Positions 20,652 through 30,330 of a stretch of DNA of 64,000 nucleotides are shown one piece after another. The notes beneath the pieces were generated by a model. That model ran no database searches, was not told the origin of the DNA, and worked only from the letters and a program-made list of their open reading frames with translations. Source of the stretch: an uncultured delta proteobacterium (GTDB lineage Bacteria > Desulfobacterota > Desulfomonilia > Desulfomonilales > Desulfomonilaceae); assembly GCA_963789265.1 (NCBI GenBank), contig CAWBKB010000006.1, positions 1 to 64,000 of the forward strand, given 5' to 3'. The stretch's first letter is position 1. The number at the start of each line of letters is the position of its first letter. A program made the translations under genes and the position numbers.

Positions 20652-21068
20652 ATGTACAAATGTAAGGTCTTTCCCTATCCTATCACCTCGAAAAGGCCCG
20701 AAAAAGTGATGCCCGCAGCCTATGAGTACATCAAAAACTGGCAGGCGGAATGCCCCGGGCCGCATCCGTACATACTTGTTAAATGCTTTGGTGAGCCCTT
20801 GAGTAAAGTCTACATCATCTCGGGATTCAGACATGTCGATACAAAACGATATGTGCCCAACATAGCTACGCGCTACCGTCTTTTGCCATGTGTCAAGGAA
20901 CTGCTCGCGGAGTCTGAAGAAACTCCTATCCCCACTAGGGATGGGAACTATCTTCTGGAAGGCAAGGCTCCCACCAATGAGCGATTCAGGGTCATTCTAG
21001 GAATGGGGCACATTGAGGCAGGACGTCAAACTTACAAGCTTGTAACATTCTACCCTGTCACAAAATGA
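20652..21068 (+). CDS. Hypothetical protein, possible BECR/RelE-like nuclease fold
   Basis: Open frame with RH, RYRLLP.V.ELL and C-terminal KLVTFYP; fold call is a visual resemblance only. Confidence 0.4.
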   Translation: MYKCKVFPYPITSKRPEKVMPAAYEYIKNWQAECPGPHPYILVKCFGEPLSKVYIISGFRHVDTKRYVPNIATRYRLLPCVKELLAESEETPIPTRDGNYLLEGKAPTNERFRVILGMGHIEAGRQTYKLVTFYPVTK

Positions 21069-21324
21069 GAAAAGTCCGAAGCGCTCTCAAAGTCCCGAAG
21101 GACTCGGTTTGCGGCTCATGCGTCCGCGCGCTTTGGACTCTCTTGTTTCTTATTTTATTCAGACACCTTCTCACTGTCAACAGTTCATTCGTTACGCCAT
21201 TTGCGAATCGAGTCCTCACGCCTGCGAATGAAAGTCCGGGTCTGTGGATGTCTTTTCGGGCTGTTGGCAATTTCGGCGAGTCTGAAAATTAAGAACAAAA
21301 TGAGCGCTTTTTTAGGGTAGTAAC

Positions 21325-22338
21325 CTATCGATGCGACACCTTCATTTGCTCACGCGCTCTCTTGCACTCTTCCCGCCACATTCTAACCGAGCCGTATATT
21401 TTTTTTCGTGACCGACTCCGAAAAGCGGCTATGAGATAAAGGGAAGCTCTGCCGTAGTGATCTACCACCTCCGGGTCTGTTCCCGGCGTCACCTTAAGCT
21501 CCGATAGTCGATCCAGAAATTCACCAAACCTCGCTTTTAGCACTGGAAGGGCGCTCAAAACATCGCCGCCGAGCAGGCTGATGGACATGTCTCTAGTGAG
21601 CCTAAGCATTTTTAAATATGCCCAGGTTACCCGCAGTCTCGCATGTTTTTCTTTGGCGGCTCGTTGCGACTTCTGCTCTTGCTGTTTCCCTTGTTCCTTC
21701 TGGACTTGAGCCGCTTCTTGACTCCTCCACGCCTCAGTGTCTTTCTCTTGTTGGCGTTGCCATTCATTCTCTAGACGTTCGGCCTCGCTCTGCCTATGGA
21801 TTTCTTCTTGTTGAAGTGCATATTCTTTGGCTCTTTCGTTGGCTTCGGCCTGGAGGCTCTTCTGCTCCTCTATTCTTTCAAGTTGTTGGAGACGTGCCGC
21901 CTCAATTCGACTTTCTTCAGCAACCTTGGTCCTATAATGCCAGCCCGCCCACACGAGCCCCAAAAGCAAAAGAAACGCTACAACCCACAAGCCCTTGGTT
22001 CTTCCGGACATCACGCCTGCATTATCACTTCCTCTTGTCGGAGCCGCATCGGAGTTGTACTTGCGAACAATAACCCCACAGAGTGGACATTCTTCGAATT
22101 CTTTCGGCTGCCTCTTCCCACAGGCTGGGCATTTCCAGCCGAGGTCCGCGGTAGATTCAGGGGATGGCGAGCGCTCGTCCAGTTCAGTCTGTTTCAGCAC
22201 GCCGGCTGCGACGAGTTTGGCGAATGCACTCTGAAGACCCTGCGCGGACAGGCCATATTTCTCCATTAGCGCAGCGTCATCCATTCCGGCGTTGATGTCA
22301 GTCAGAATGTCTTTGGCGCTGAGCTGGCGTTTAGGCAT
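21325..22338 (-). CDS. Hypothetical membrane protein: N-terminal helical repeat, Zn ribbon, TM helix, coiled coil
   Basis: LSAKDILTDINAGMDDAALMEKYGLS..GLQS, CPACG..CPLCG, one TM segment, E/Q-rich coil. Confidence 0.7.
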   Translation of the reverse strand: MPKRQLSAKDILTDINAGMDDAALMEKYGLSAQGLQSAFAKLVAAGVLKQTELDERSPSPESTADLGWKCPACGKRQPKEFEECPLCGVIVRKYNSDAAPTRGSDNAGVMSGRTKGLWVVAFLLLLGLVWAGWHYRTKVAEESRIEAARLQQLERIEEQKSLQAEANERAKEYALQQEEIHRQSEAERLENEWQRQQEKDTEAWRSQEAAQVQKEQGKQQEQKSQRAAKEKHARLRVTWAYLKMLRLTRDMSISLLGGDVLSALPVLKARFGEFLDRLSELKVTPGTDPEVVDHYGRASLYLIAAFRSRSRKKIYGSVRMWREECKRAREQMKVSHR

Positions 22339-22681
22339 GACGAGCCCCCACAATACCTAAAATCGTCTCGATCTTAAGCAGATGGGTTTGATATTGGCAT
22401 CGGGTAAGGGCTTTTGACAAGCGAAAATTCGCGGGCAGCCTCCTTCCTGATCCAATAGTGAGAATCATCCCTTCCTCCTAAACAATTCGACGCATTCCAA
22501 ATCATAAGAACTTGAGCCTGACCGAAAGATATATTAAGAAAATCAATGAGGACCTTGGAGCTACCGTTAACCTTCCTTCAACATAAGGGTACCACGACGG
22601 GCTTTCAAAGGACCGGGAAGATGCAGTACAATAGCGATAACCATTTAACTTACTAAGCATAAATCGGGAGGACGAGGCAAA

Positions 22682-23431
22682 ATGTCCGGTCACAATAAGT
22701 GGAGCACGATAAAGCACAAGAAGGGCGCGGCGGATGCCAAGCGCGGAAAGATGTTTTCCAAGCTCATCAAGGAGATCACCATCGCTGCTCGCATGGGCGG
22801 CGGGGATGTGGATGGCAACCCCCGTCTGAGGACCGCGGTCTACACGGCGCGTACTGCCAATATGCCCAAAGAGAACATCGACAGAGCCATAAAGAGGGGC
22901 ACCGGCGAACTTGAAGGGGTGACCTACGAAGAGATTACCTACGAAGGCTATGGCCCCGGAGGTGTTGCCGTGCTGGTGGAAGCTCTGACGGACAACAGGA
23001 ATCGGACCGTGGCCGAAGTCCGGCATATTTTCGACAAGTACAACGGGAACCTGGGAGAGTCCGGCTGTGTTGCCTGGATGTTCGATAAGAAGGGGGTCAT
23101 TGTAGTTACTGCCGAAGGTCTGACTGAAGACGAGGTCATGGAACTGGCATTGGAAGCCGGCGCGCAGGACGTGAGCAGCGACGGCCAGACGTTTGAGATA
23201 ACGACCGAACCCGCAGATTTTGAGACGGTACGCAAGGCAGTCGAGGACAAGCAATGGAAAGTTGAGTTGGCGGAGACAAGCATGATTCCCCAGACCACGG
23301 TTAAGCTGGAAGGGAAGAAGGCAGAACAGATGCTCAAAATGATGGACGCGCTGGATGACAACGACGACATGCAAAAAGTCTTCGCGAATTTTGATATTTC
23401 CGAAGATGAAATGATGAGGCTCTCTGCATGA
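22682..23431 (+). CDS. yebC: YebC/PmpR family protein
   Basis: [22 protein letters not shown] and TDNRNRT motifs. Confidence 0.97.
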   Translation: MSGHNKWSTIKHKKGAADAKRGKMFSKLIKEITIAARMGGGDVDGNPRLRTAVYTARTANMPKENIDRAIKRGTGELEGVTYEEITYEGYGPGGVAVLVEALTDNRNRTVAEVRHIFDKYNGNLGESGCVAWMFDKKGVIVVTAEGLTEDEVMELALEAGAQDVSSDGQTFEITTEPADFETVRKAVEDKQWKVELAETSMIPQTTVKLEGKKAEQMLKMMDALDDNDDMQKVFANFDISEDEMMRLSA

Positions 23432-23909
23432 CCTTTCGAGGCAGTAACCGGATACTGAATTGCATTGAGCGCCACAAGATGAAAGACCAAGTATTATAAC
23501 TACTTAACTCGACGTGCCCCTCTATATGCTACACTCGCCTGATCCGGGCCGATCCTCGGTCCCCAAAACAAAATCCTGGAAAGAAACGGCCAATCAATAG
23601 TATAGAGATCACCGTTTATCCGTGGGCTACGGTAAGCATGGCTTACAAACACGGGTGGCCGCGGTTTTGCTCGTGTAATCTATGGCTATAGTCGCAGGCA
23701 TTGAGAATCGCGTCGAAGATCACCGTTTCCTAACCCGTGCCCTCAAGGGAAGAGAACCTGTAGGGGTGGGTTTCAAACTCGCCCCTACCTCCCCGGCGGG
23801 AGAGGGAAGGGTCATGTGGACTTCATCACCAGTGATAACGCGCAATCCTCACGTTAGACCGGCATAGGTTTGGCAAAACCGCAGGCAAACTCGGCGGGCA
23901 AGTGAGAAA

Positions 23910-24395
23910 ATGTTGATCATCGGAGTGGACCCGGGAAGCACAGCAACAGGATACGGCATCATCCGAAAAAACGGTGTTCGGCCATCGCACGTGGCGAGCG
24001 GGGTCATACGGGTTTCTGCCAATCTTGGCCAATCCAAGCGAATACGGGAAATTTACAGAAGACTGGATGCGGTTGTTCGAGAACATAGGCCCTCGGTTAT
24101 GGTGGTAGAGTCCTTGTTTCATTCCAACAACAGCCAGAGCCTAATGAAATTAAGCCAGGTCCGTGGAGTCATTCTGCTTCTGGGTGAGACCTATTCCATG
24201 GACATATTCGAATACAGTCCGATGGAGATCAAGAAAGGGCTTACCGGGTACGGTAAAGCCGAAAAAGTTCAAATGATGTTTATGGTGGGGAAAGTGCTGG
24301 CCTTGCCGACTCTAAAGTCTCCCGATCAGGCGGATGCTCTGGCAATGGCCATTTACCATTCACATATTTCCCTGCCTGATAGGGTTGCCGGATGA
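23910..24395 (+). CDS. ruvC: Crossover junction endodeoxyribonuclease RuvC
   Basis: IIGVDPG, VESLF, KKGLTGYGKAEK and DQADALA motifs. Confidence 0.97.
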   Translation: MLIIGVDPGSTATGYGIIRKNGVRPSHVASGVIRVSANLGQSKRIREIYRRLDAVVREHRPSVMVVESLFHSNNSQSLMKLSQVRGVILLLGETYSMDIFEYSPMEIKKGLTGYGKAEKVQMMFMVGKVLALPTLKSPDQADALAMAIYHSHISLPDRVAG

Positions 24396-24988
24396 TCGCT
24401 TCTTTACGTGGAAAAATTGCCTTCAAGGGGTTGAATCGGGTCATTGTAGACGTCCAGGGCGTCGGTTACGAAGTGGCGGTTTCGTTGTCAACCATCGAAG
24501 CCCTCCCTCAGGACACGGAAGCCTTTCTGAACATCCACACCGCACTCCGGGAAAATGCCCTGGAATTATACGGCTTCGTGACGCAAGAGGAAAAGGCGCT
24601 CTTTGAGATGCTGCTGACCGTGGCAGGAATCGGCCCGCGAATGTCTCTGAACATCCTCTCCGGCACGACGCCTGAGGGCTTTCGACGAGCTGTGCTCGAG
24701 GGAAATTTGCACCGGTTGACATCCATTCCGGGTATCGGAAAGAAATCCGCGGAACGGATTGTCCTGGAACTTAAAGAAAAAATTCACAAGATGCCTATGT
24801 TCGGAGATTCTGCTTCGGGCAATGGCTCATCCTCTTGTCTTCAAGACGATCTTGTCTCTTCTCTTACCAACCTCGGGTATAAGGACCGCATGGCTGAAAT
24901 GGTCGCCAAGAAGGTATTGAAAGATGCGGGCCCGGACGTGTCGCTACCTTACGCTGTCAAGACTGCCCTCAAGGAATTGATGAAATAA
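24392..24988 (+). CDS. ruvA: Holliday junction branch migration protein RuvA
   Basis: MIASLRG, GVGYEV, LYGF, GIGPR and IPGIGKKSAERI motifs; overlaps the ruvC stop. Confidence 0.97.
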   Translation: MIASLRGKIAFKGLNRVIVDVQGVGYEVAVSLSTIEALPQDTEAFLNIHTALRENALELYGFVTQEEKALFEMLLTVAGIGPRMSLNILSGTTPEGFRRAVLEGNLHRLTSIPGIGKKSAERIVLELKEKIHKMPMFGDSASGNGSSSCLQDDLVSSLTNLGYKDRMAEMVAKKVLKDAGPDVSLPYAVKTALKELMK

Positions 24989-25322
24989 GGCACCTGTGCC
25001 GTAGGCGTTAACTTAAAGGGGCGTTCCGGCCCGAAAAAAACCATTCTATCCCCAGGTGCGATACAGAAGGGTCGGGGCGGGTTTCAAACCCGCCGCTACG
25101 GGTCCGCGCTCTTGACGGGAAGGGGGAGGGTGATAGCGTATTGAAATTATCAGGCACCGCCACAACAAGTTAGCGGCTGTGTTCCACAGTCCGGTACATC
25201 CTTGAGGCTGTCCGTAATCAATTTATAAGTCTATAATGAATTGTGAGCGAGGGCGTCCTATTGCGAAGCCTTCAGAGATACTTGCATTGCTTGGCTGTCG
25301 ATTCTCTTCTAGGGGCTCATCC

Positions 25323-26663
25323 ATGAAATTCGTAATTATCGGTGGGGACGCGGCGGGTATGAGCGCTGCATCGAAGGCAAAACGCAACGATCCCTCCATA
25401 GGTGTAGTGGTCCTGGAGCAGACTACCGATGTATCTTATTCGGCTTGCGGACTGCCGTACAACATAGCGGAGCCGGAACGTGACATGAACGATCTCGTTG
25501 TTCGGCCGGCCCATGTCTTCAGAGATAAGCAAGGAATAGACTTAAAATTGGGGCACAGAGCGGAACGGATCGATCGGGACCGTAGGACCGTGTCCGGCCG
25601 AACCGCGGACGGGGATCCGTTTGAGGTGTATTACGACAAACTTCTAATTGCGACCGGTGCTCGACCACGGATGCTCAAAATCCCCGGTGAGAATTTGCCC
25701 AGTGTCAAGGTGCTCAGATCCTTGGAAGACGGGCGCATTATCAAGCAGTACATGGCGGTAAACCCTGTTAAAAGGGCTCTGATTGTTGGCGCCGGATACA
25801 TCGGCCTGGAGATGGCTGAGGCTTTTCACGAGCGCGGAGTCCAAGTTGAGATATCCGACATTTTGCCAGAATTGCTCCCCTGGCTGCCGAGTGAGATGAG
25901 CGGGATAATCAGGAAAGAACTCGAAGACAAAGGAGCGAGGCTACATCTGGGGACGGGAATATCCAAAATCGAAGAATCCGGCGGTCGGTTACGGGTGACT
26001 CTGGACGACACAATGCTGGAAGTGGATCTTGCGCTCATTGGAGTAGGAGTGGTTCCGAATTCCGAGATAGCCTCCGAAGCCGGGCTTGCCGTGGGGCCTC
26101 AGAATTCCATTGCGGTGGACAAGACCTTTCGCACGTCGGACCCGGAGATCTTTTCCGCGGGAGATTGCGCAGACGCCTTTCACGTAGTGACGGGGCAGCG
26201 AGTCTGGATACCACTTGCGCTCAGGGCTAATCGCGGCGGTTGGGCTGTGGCGGACAATGTTACGGGCCGCCAGGTCGAACTGCCCGGCATTGTGGGAAGT
26301 GCAGTCTTCAAAGTCCTGGACATGGAGGTAGCTCACACCGGTTTGAGTTCGAGCGAAGCCAACCGCGCCGGGTTCGATGTGGTCGAGGATGTGATCAAAA
26401 GCCGTTCCAGGGCCCACGCACATCCGGGAAATCAGGACATTTACGTACATCTGACCGCGGATAGAAAAAACGGGCGGTTGCTTGGAGGTGACTTGGTTGG
26501 AAAAGAGGGTGCGGCTCACCGAGTCGACGCTTTGGCAGTGGCGCTGCACGCGGGAATGAGAGTCGAGGAATTCTCTCAGTGTGACTTGGCCTATGCTCCG
26601 CCCTTTTCACCGGTATGGGACCCGCTACTTACTGCGGCTAATCAGTTGTTGAAGAAGATGTGA
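25323..26663 (+). CDS. CoA-disulfide reductase / NADH oxidase family flavoprotein
   Basis: IGGDAAGMSAA, SYSACGLP redox Cys, GAGYIGLE and DLAYAPPFS motifs. Confidence 0.9.
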   Translation: MKFVIIGGDAAGMSAASKAKRNDPSIGVVVLEQTTDVSYSACGLPYNIAEPERDMNDLVVRPAHVFRDKQGIDLKLGHRAERIDRDRRTVSGRTADGDPFEVYYDKLLIATGARPRMLKIPGENLPSVKVLRSLEDGRIIKQYMAVNPVKRALIVGAGYIGLEMAEAFHERGVQVEISDILPELLPWLPSEMSGIIRKELEDKGARLHLGTGISKIEESGGRLRVTLDDTMLEVDLALIGVGVVPNSEIASEAGLAVGPQNSIAVDKTFRTSDPEIFSAGDCADAFHVVTGQRVWIPLALRANRGGWAVADNVTGRQVELPGIVGSAVFKVLDMEVAHTGLSSSEANRAGFDVVEDVIKSRSRAHAHPGNQDIYVHLTADRKNGRLLGGDLVGKEGAAHRVDALAVALHAGMRVEEFSQCDLAYAPPFSPVWDPLLTAANQLLKKM

Positions 26664-26698
26664 CCTTTGCATGCTAGAGCGTTACGCTCAATGGAAAC

Positions 26699-26887
26699 CA
26701 ATCACTTATGCGAGGGATCTTCTGCATCTTGTCATTGCGAGGAGTGCATGGTGGGACAGGCTTCCAGCCTGTCTATTAGGGATGACGGGCAAGATGCCCG
26801 TCCCACCGGCAATCTAAGCGGCGTTTAAAGGAAAAGATTGCTTCGCTTCGCTCGCAATGACAATCTCGTCCCACGCGTAAGTAAATG
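26699..26887. mobile_element. MITE-like family 2 (ends ~CATTCACTTA / TAAGTGAATG) carrying a GTCATTGCGAG...CTCGCAATGAC REP, here with a nested family-B REP
   Basis: Related copies at 41355-41659 and 56268-56404; partial copies near 29264-29380 and 51244-51502. Confidence 0.7.
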
Positions 26888-26912
26888 CTGACGCTAACTG
26901 ACGTGTCTACCA

Positions 26913-27692
26913 ATGACCAAGACCTGTTGCCACGCTTCCGGCCCGGATGAGATAAGATGGATAGATTCCCCTTTGTACGGGATTGTGTCTCTGGATTTCC
27001 TCGAGAGAGGTGAGTTGCACCCCTGCCCGTACCTCCCGGGCAATACTGCCCGAGAAGAAGCGTTTAGCGCGCTTGAATTCCCGCCGGAGCTTTACCGCGA
27101 TTTTATGAATTATGGGTTTCGCAGGTCGGGCATGCATTTTTACCGGCCCATCTGTCCGGCGTGCAGCGAGTGTCGGCCCATAAGGATACTGGCAGACAAG
27201 TACCGCCCCACCAGGTCGGATAGGCGCGTCATCAGGAAGAATCAGGACGTCGAGATTAGAATAGGCTCGCCGAGGTTCACGCAGGACAAATTCAGCATCT
27301 ATTCCGACTACCTGGCTTCGCAACACTCCAGCGGCTCCGATCTATCTCCAAGCAGTCTAGAGAATTTCCTTTACACATCGCCGGTTCGCACGGCTGAGTT
27401 CGAGTACCGCCTGGGTGGCCGTCTTTTGGCTGTAGGAATAGTAGACTTATGCTCCAGATCGCTGTCCAGCGTGTACGCGTTTTACGATCCCGACTATTCT
27501 TCAAGGAGTTTGGGGACCTTTTCCGCCATCCAAGAGATCGCGTTTTGTCGCGCGCAGCACATCCCGCATTACTACATCGGTTATTTAGTGAAGGAATGCG
27601 CCTCTATGAAGTACAAGGCTCGCTTCAAGCCCCACGAAATTCTCAACGAGTCGCATCAGTGGATTAGCGGCGACCTTTTGCAAGCGGAGTAG
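26913..27692 (+). CDS. Arginyl-tRNA-protein transferase family (ATE/Bpt, N-degron pathway)
   Basis: CPYLP, GFRRSG..YRP.C..C..C..IR, LSSVY.FYDP, SLGT and MKYK motifs. Confidence 0.9.
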   Translation: MTKTCCHASGPDEIRWIDSPLYGIVSLDFLERGELHPCPYLPGNTAREEAFSALEFPPELYRDFMNYGFRRSGMHFYRPICPACSECRPIRILADKYRPTRSDRRVIRKNQDVEIRIGSPRFTQDKFSIYSDYLASQHSSGSDLSPSSLENFLYTSPVRTAEFEYRLGGRLLAVGIVDLCSRSLSSVYAFYDPDYSSRSLGTFSAIQEIAFCRAQHIPHYYIGYLVKECASMKYKARFKPHEILNESHQWISGDLLQAE

Positions 27693-27821
27693 CCATTCGT
27701 ATCGTTAGGCAATCGTTAACCGGGAAATCTCGAACCGGGTGCCGATCCCTTCGGCATTACAAATAAAAAAAGCCCCTGAATCAGAGGCCTGAAGCAATCT
27801 TCAGAGCGTTTATGTCGTGCG

Positions 27822-28106
27822 CTAGGATGCTTCCCGGTGCAGCTCTTCAATTTGATTTCGTTCCACCTGCCATTTGACCAGATCACCGCACGATCCTCTG
27901 CGGAAACATCGATATCTTACGAAACAGAGCAGTCGTGTGGATTCTTCTTCTAATACCAGAACTCCTCTGTCCAGTTCGTGATCGAATTGTGCACTCAATA
28001 CGACTCCTCGGATCTCTTTGCCGTGAATGTTACTGAATTTAACCAATTTTCCGGTGCTGACACTCTGTCGAATCTCTTCAATAGTTGGACCTTGATCGAT
28101 TCTCAT
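27822..28106 (-). CDS. Hypothetical protein
   Basis: ATG after an AGGAG RBS; co-oriented with the upstream small gene; followed by a hairpin and T-run on the minus strand. Confidence 0.5.
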   Translation of the reverse strand: MRIDQGPTIEEIRQSVSTGKLVKFSNIHGKEIRGVVLSAQFDHELDRGVLVLEEESTRLLCFVRYRCFRRGSCGDLVKWQVERNQIEELHREAS

Positions 28107-28187
28107 GGTGACTTCTCCTGTCTCATGGGGCGCTGCTGCGCCTGTCGGTGGCAATAAGCTCTCCAGGGGCTAGCCTGCCGGCCTCAT

Positions 28188-28493
28188 TCATAGGAAGGGG
28201 ACGGCATCTCTTACGCGTCCGCGTACAGCCGCAACCCAAATCCCCATTCGGCGGTCACGCGGCACTATCAGAGCGATGACACCTAACAGCAACCAGACGG
28301 CTCCAAGCAAAGCCGGCACCGCCGCTGCAAGTGCGCAGGCGAGCCCAAGTGGAGGCTCGTCTAAGACGAAAGCGCACCATGTGCCAAGAAGAAGTAGTGC
28401 CCCCAGCGGTCCCAGGAAGAGGACCCAACATATCGTTGTCACGGTCCCCACTACCTCCATTAACCTCGACATGCTGTTCTCTCGGATTTGCAT
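28188..28493 (-). CDS. Small hypothetical membrane protein
   Basis: Strong AAGGAGG RBS; two long hydrophobic segments. Confidence 0.55.
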   Translation of the reverse strand: MQIRENSMSRLMEVVGTVTTICWVLFLGPLGALLLLGTWCAFVLDEPPLGLACALAAAVPALLGAVWLLLGVIALIVPRDRRMGIWVAAVRGRVRDAVPFL

Positions 28494-28804
28494 GATGTTC
28501 CTCCTTTGTTCCTAAGTCGGGAATAGATTATTTGCCGGGTATTCCCGGATCGAAAGCATCATTCGCGTTTGTTCGCAAGGTCGATCTCGGCACCCGGCGT
28601 CATCGCGGCTCTGGGAACCTTCCAAAATTCTCCTGTAAACACAGGGGCTCCCCCGCGGGCCTGACTAAATCACACGAATGTTAGCATCATGATAAGCGCA
28701 AGCTTTTTTTTTATTCGGGATACCGGACGATGTGCTCGACGGTTGGTTTGGTAGAGGTCACGCCTTATGGTATAATACTTATCTAAATATATAGGGGGTG
28801 AATT

Positions 28805-29227
28805 ATGACTTCTTCGACTATCGATGATAGTACTTTGAAACAATTGCTAACAGATTCTCATACGGTTGCAGTCGTGGGCCTTTCCACGAATCCACAAAAA
28901 GACAGCCACATGGTTGCCGGTTATTTGAAGAGACACGGTTACCGAGTAATTCCGGTGAACCCCGCGGCAGGTGAAATCCTGGGTGAAAAGAGCTACTCGG
29001 ATCTAAGGTCTATACCTGAATCCGTAGACATAGTGGACGTGTTCCGTCGCTCGGAATTTCTGCCTGAAATAGCGAAGCAGGCTGTGGAAATCCACGCCAA
29101 GGCGCTCTGGATGCAGATGGGAACAAGGAACGAAGAGGCTGTGAATATAGCCCGCCGAGCCGGCATAACAGTGATAGAAGATCGCTGACTGATGCAGGAG
29201 CACGCCCGGCTGGTAGCCGGAAAGTAA
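28805..29227 (+). CDS. CoA-binding protein (YccU-like), candidate selenoprotein with TGA at 29186-29188 read as Sec
   Basis: AVVGLS, GYRVIPVNP, VDIVDVFR, ALWMQ.G motifs. Read-through gives DR-U-LMQEHARLVAGK*, matching the family's DRC...EH.RL end. Hairpin CCGGCT-GGT-AGCCGG follows. Confidence 0.85.
29206..29220 (+). promoter_or_regulatory. Putative bacterial SECIS hairpin
   Basis: 6-bp stem CCGGCT/AGCCGG with a G-initiated loop starting 24 nt after the in-frame TGA. Confidence 0.65.
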
Positions 29228-29449
29228 AATCAAGTGAGCGCTTAATGACGTGGGGATCTAGATTGTCATTGCGAGCGGAGCGAAGCAATCTTTCTGTTGC
29301 AGCGGCAAAGCTCAGATTGCTTCGTCGATTCTCTCCTCGCAATGACAAAAGACGCGATTCACTGGATAAGTAAGTGATTACAAAATCAATCGAAATTGAC
29401 CTGACAGCACCTTGACCATTATTGGCAATGATGAAAGGAGTTGCTGCCG

Positions 29450-30157
29450 ATGGCTGTTGATTCGGAGTTTAGAGGTTTCCCCAAGGAATCCGTCAGCTTT
29501 TACGTTGACCTTGCGCAAAACAACAGTAAGGCTTGGTTTGACTCGCATAAAAATGTTTTCGAGACTTACGTCATGTTGCCCGCGCGCGAATTCGTATCTG
29601 AAATGGGGAACCTTCTTTCGCATCTATCTCCGCGAATCCACGCGGATCCTCGTGTAAACAGATCGATTTTTCGTCCCTACCGCGACACCCGCTTTAGCAA
29701 AGACAAAACTCCATACAAGACTCATTTTGGGATCTTCTTTTGGGAGGGCTCCCGCGCGAAGATGGAATGTTCCGGATACTACTTTCATCTTGAACCTCCA
29801 ACACTGTTCCTCGCGGCGGGTATACATTGCTTTTCGCCGTTGCTTCTTGGGACTTATCGCGATTCGGTTGTAGACCCTAAACACGGACCGGCGCTCGTGA
29901 AGGCGATAAAGCAAATCTCCAAGGCCGGGTCTTATTCTTTCGGAGGCAAGCACTACAAGAAGACACCCCGAGGTTATGACTCGAATCACGAAAACGCGGC
30001 CCTGCTTCTGCACAACGGCCTCTATGTGTGGACCGAAGATGAGATTCCGCCCGAGTTTTATTCGTCAAAAATACTGGACTATTGTTTCGAAAGGTTTAAG
30101 AAGATGTCCCCTTTGCACAAATGGCTGGTAGGAATGACAGAGCGGGCCGGCACGTAA
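29450..30157 (+). CDS. DUF2461 (TIGR02453) family protein
   Basis: L..NNSKAWF, IFRPYRDTRFSKDKTPYK, GYYFHL and PRGY motifs. Confidence 0.9.
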   Translation: MAVDSEFRGFPKESVSFYVDLAQNNSKAWFDSHKNVFETYVMLPAREFVSEMGNLLSHLSPRIHADPRVNRSIFRPYRDTRFSKDKTPYKTHFGIFFWEGSRAKMECSGYYFHLEPPTLFLAAGIHCFSPLLLGTYRDSVVDPKHGPALVKAIKQISKAGSYSFGGKHYKKTPRGYDSNHENAALLLHNGLYVWTEDEIPPEFYSSKILDYCFERFKKMSPLHKWLVGMTERAGT

Positions 30158-30330
30158 GGTGCAAGCTTCTCTTTCCGTTCGGCCGGGTTCTTAAGGGGAC
30201 CTGATCGACTAAACAGCCCTGTGCTCGCATTGCAAACGGCGTGAAGAATCGGCGAAGCCGAGACCTCGCGTTTCCCAATCCTTTGCTACCACCGATTGAC
30301 AGTTTTTGACCTCTGCGCTAAGAAACAGAT

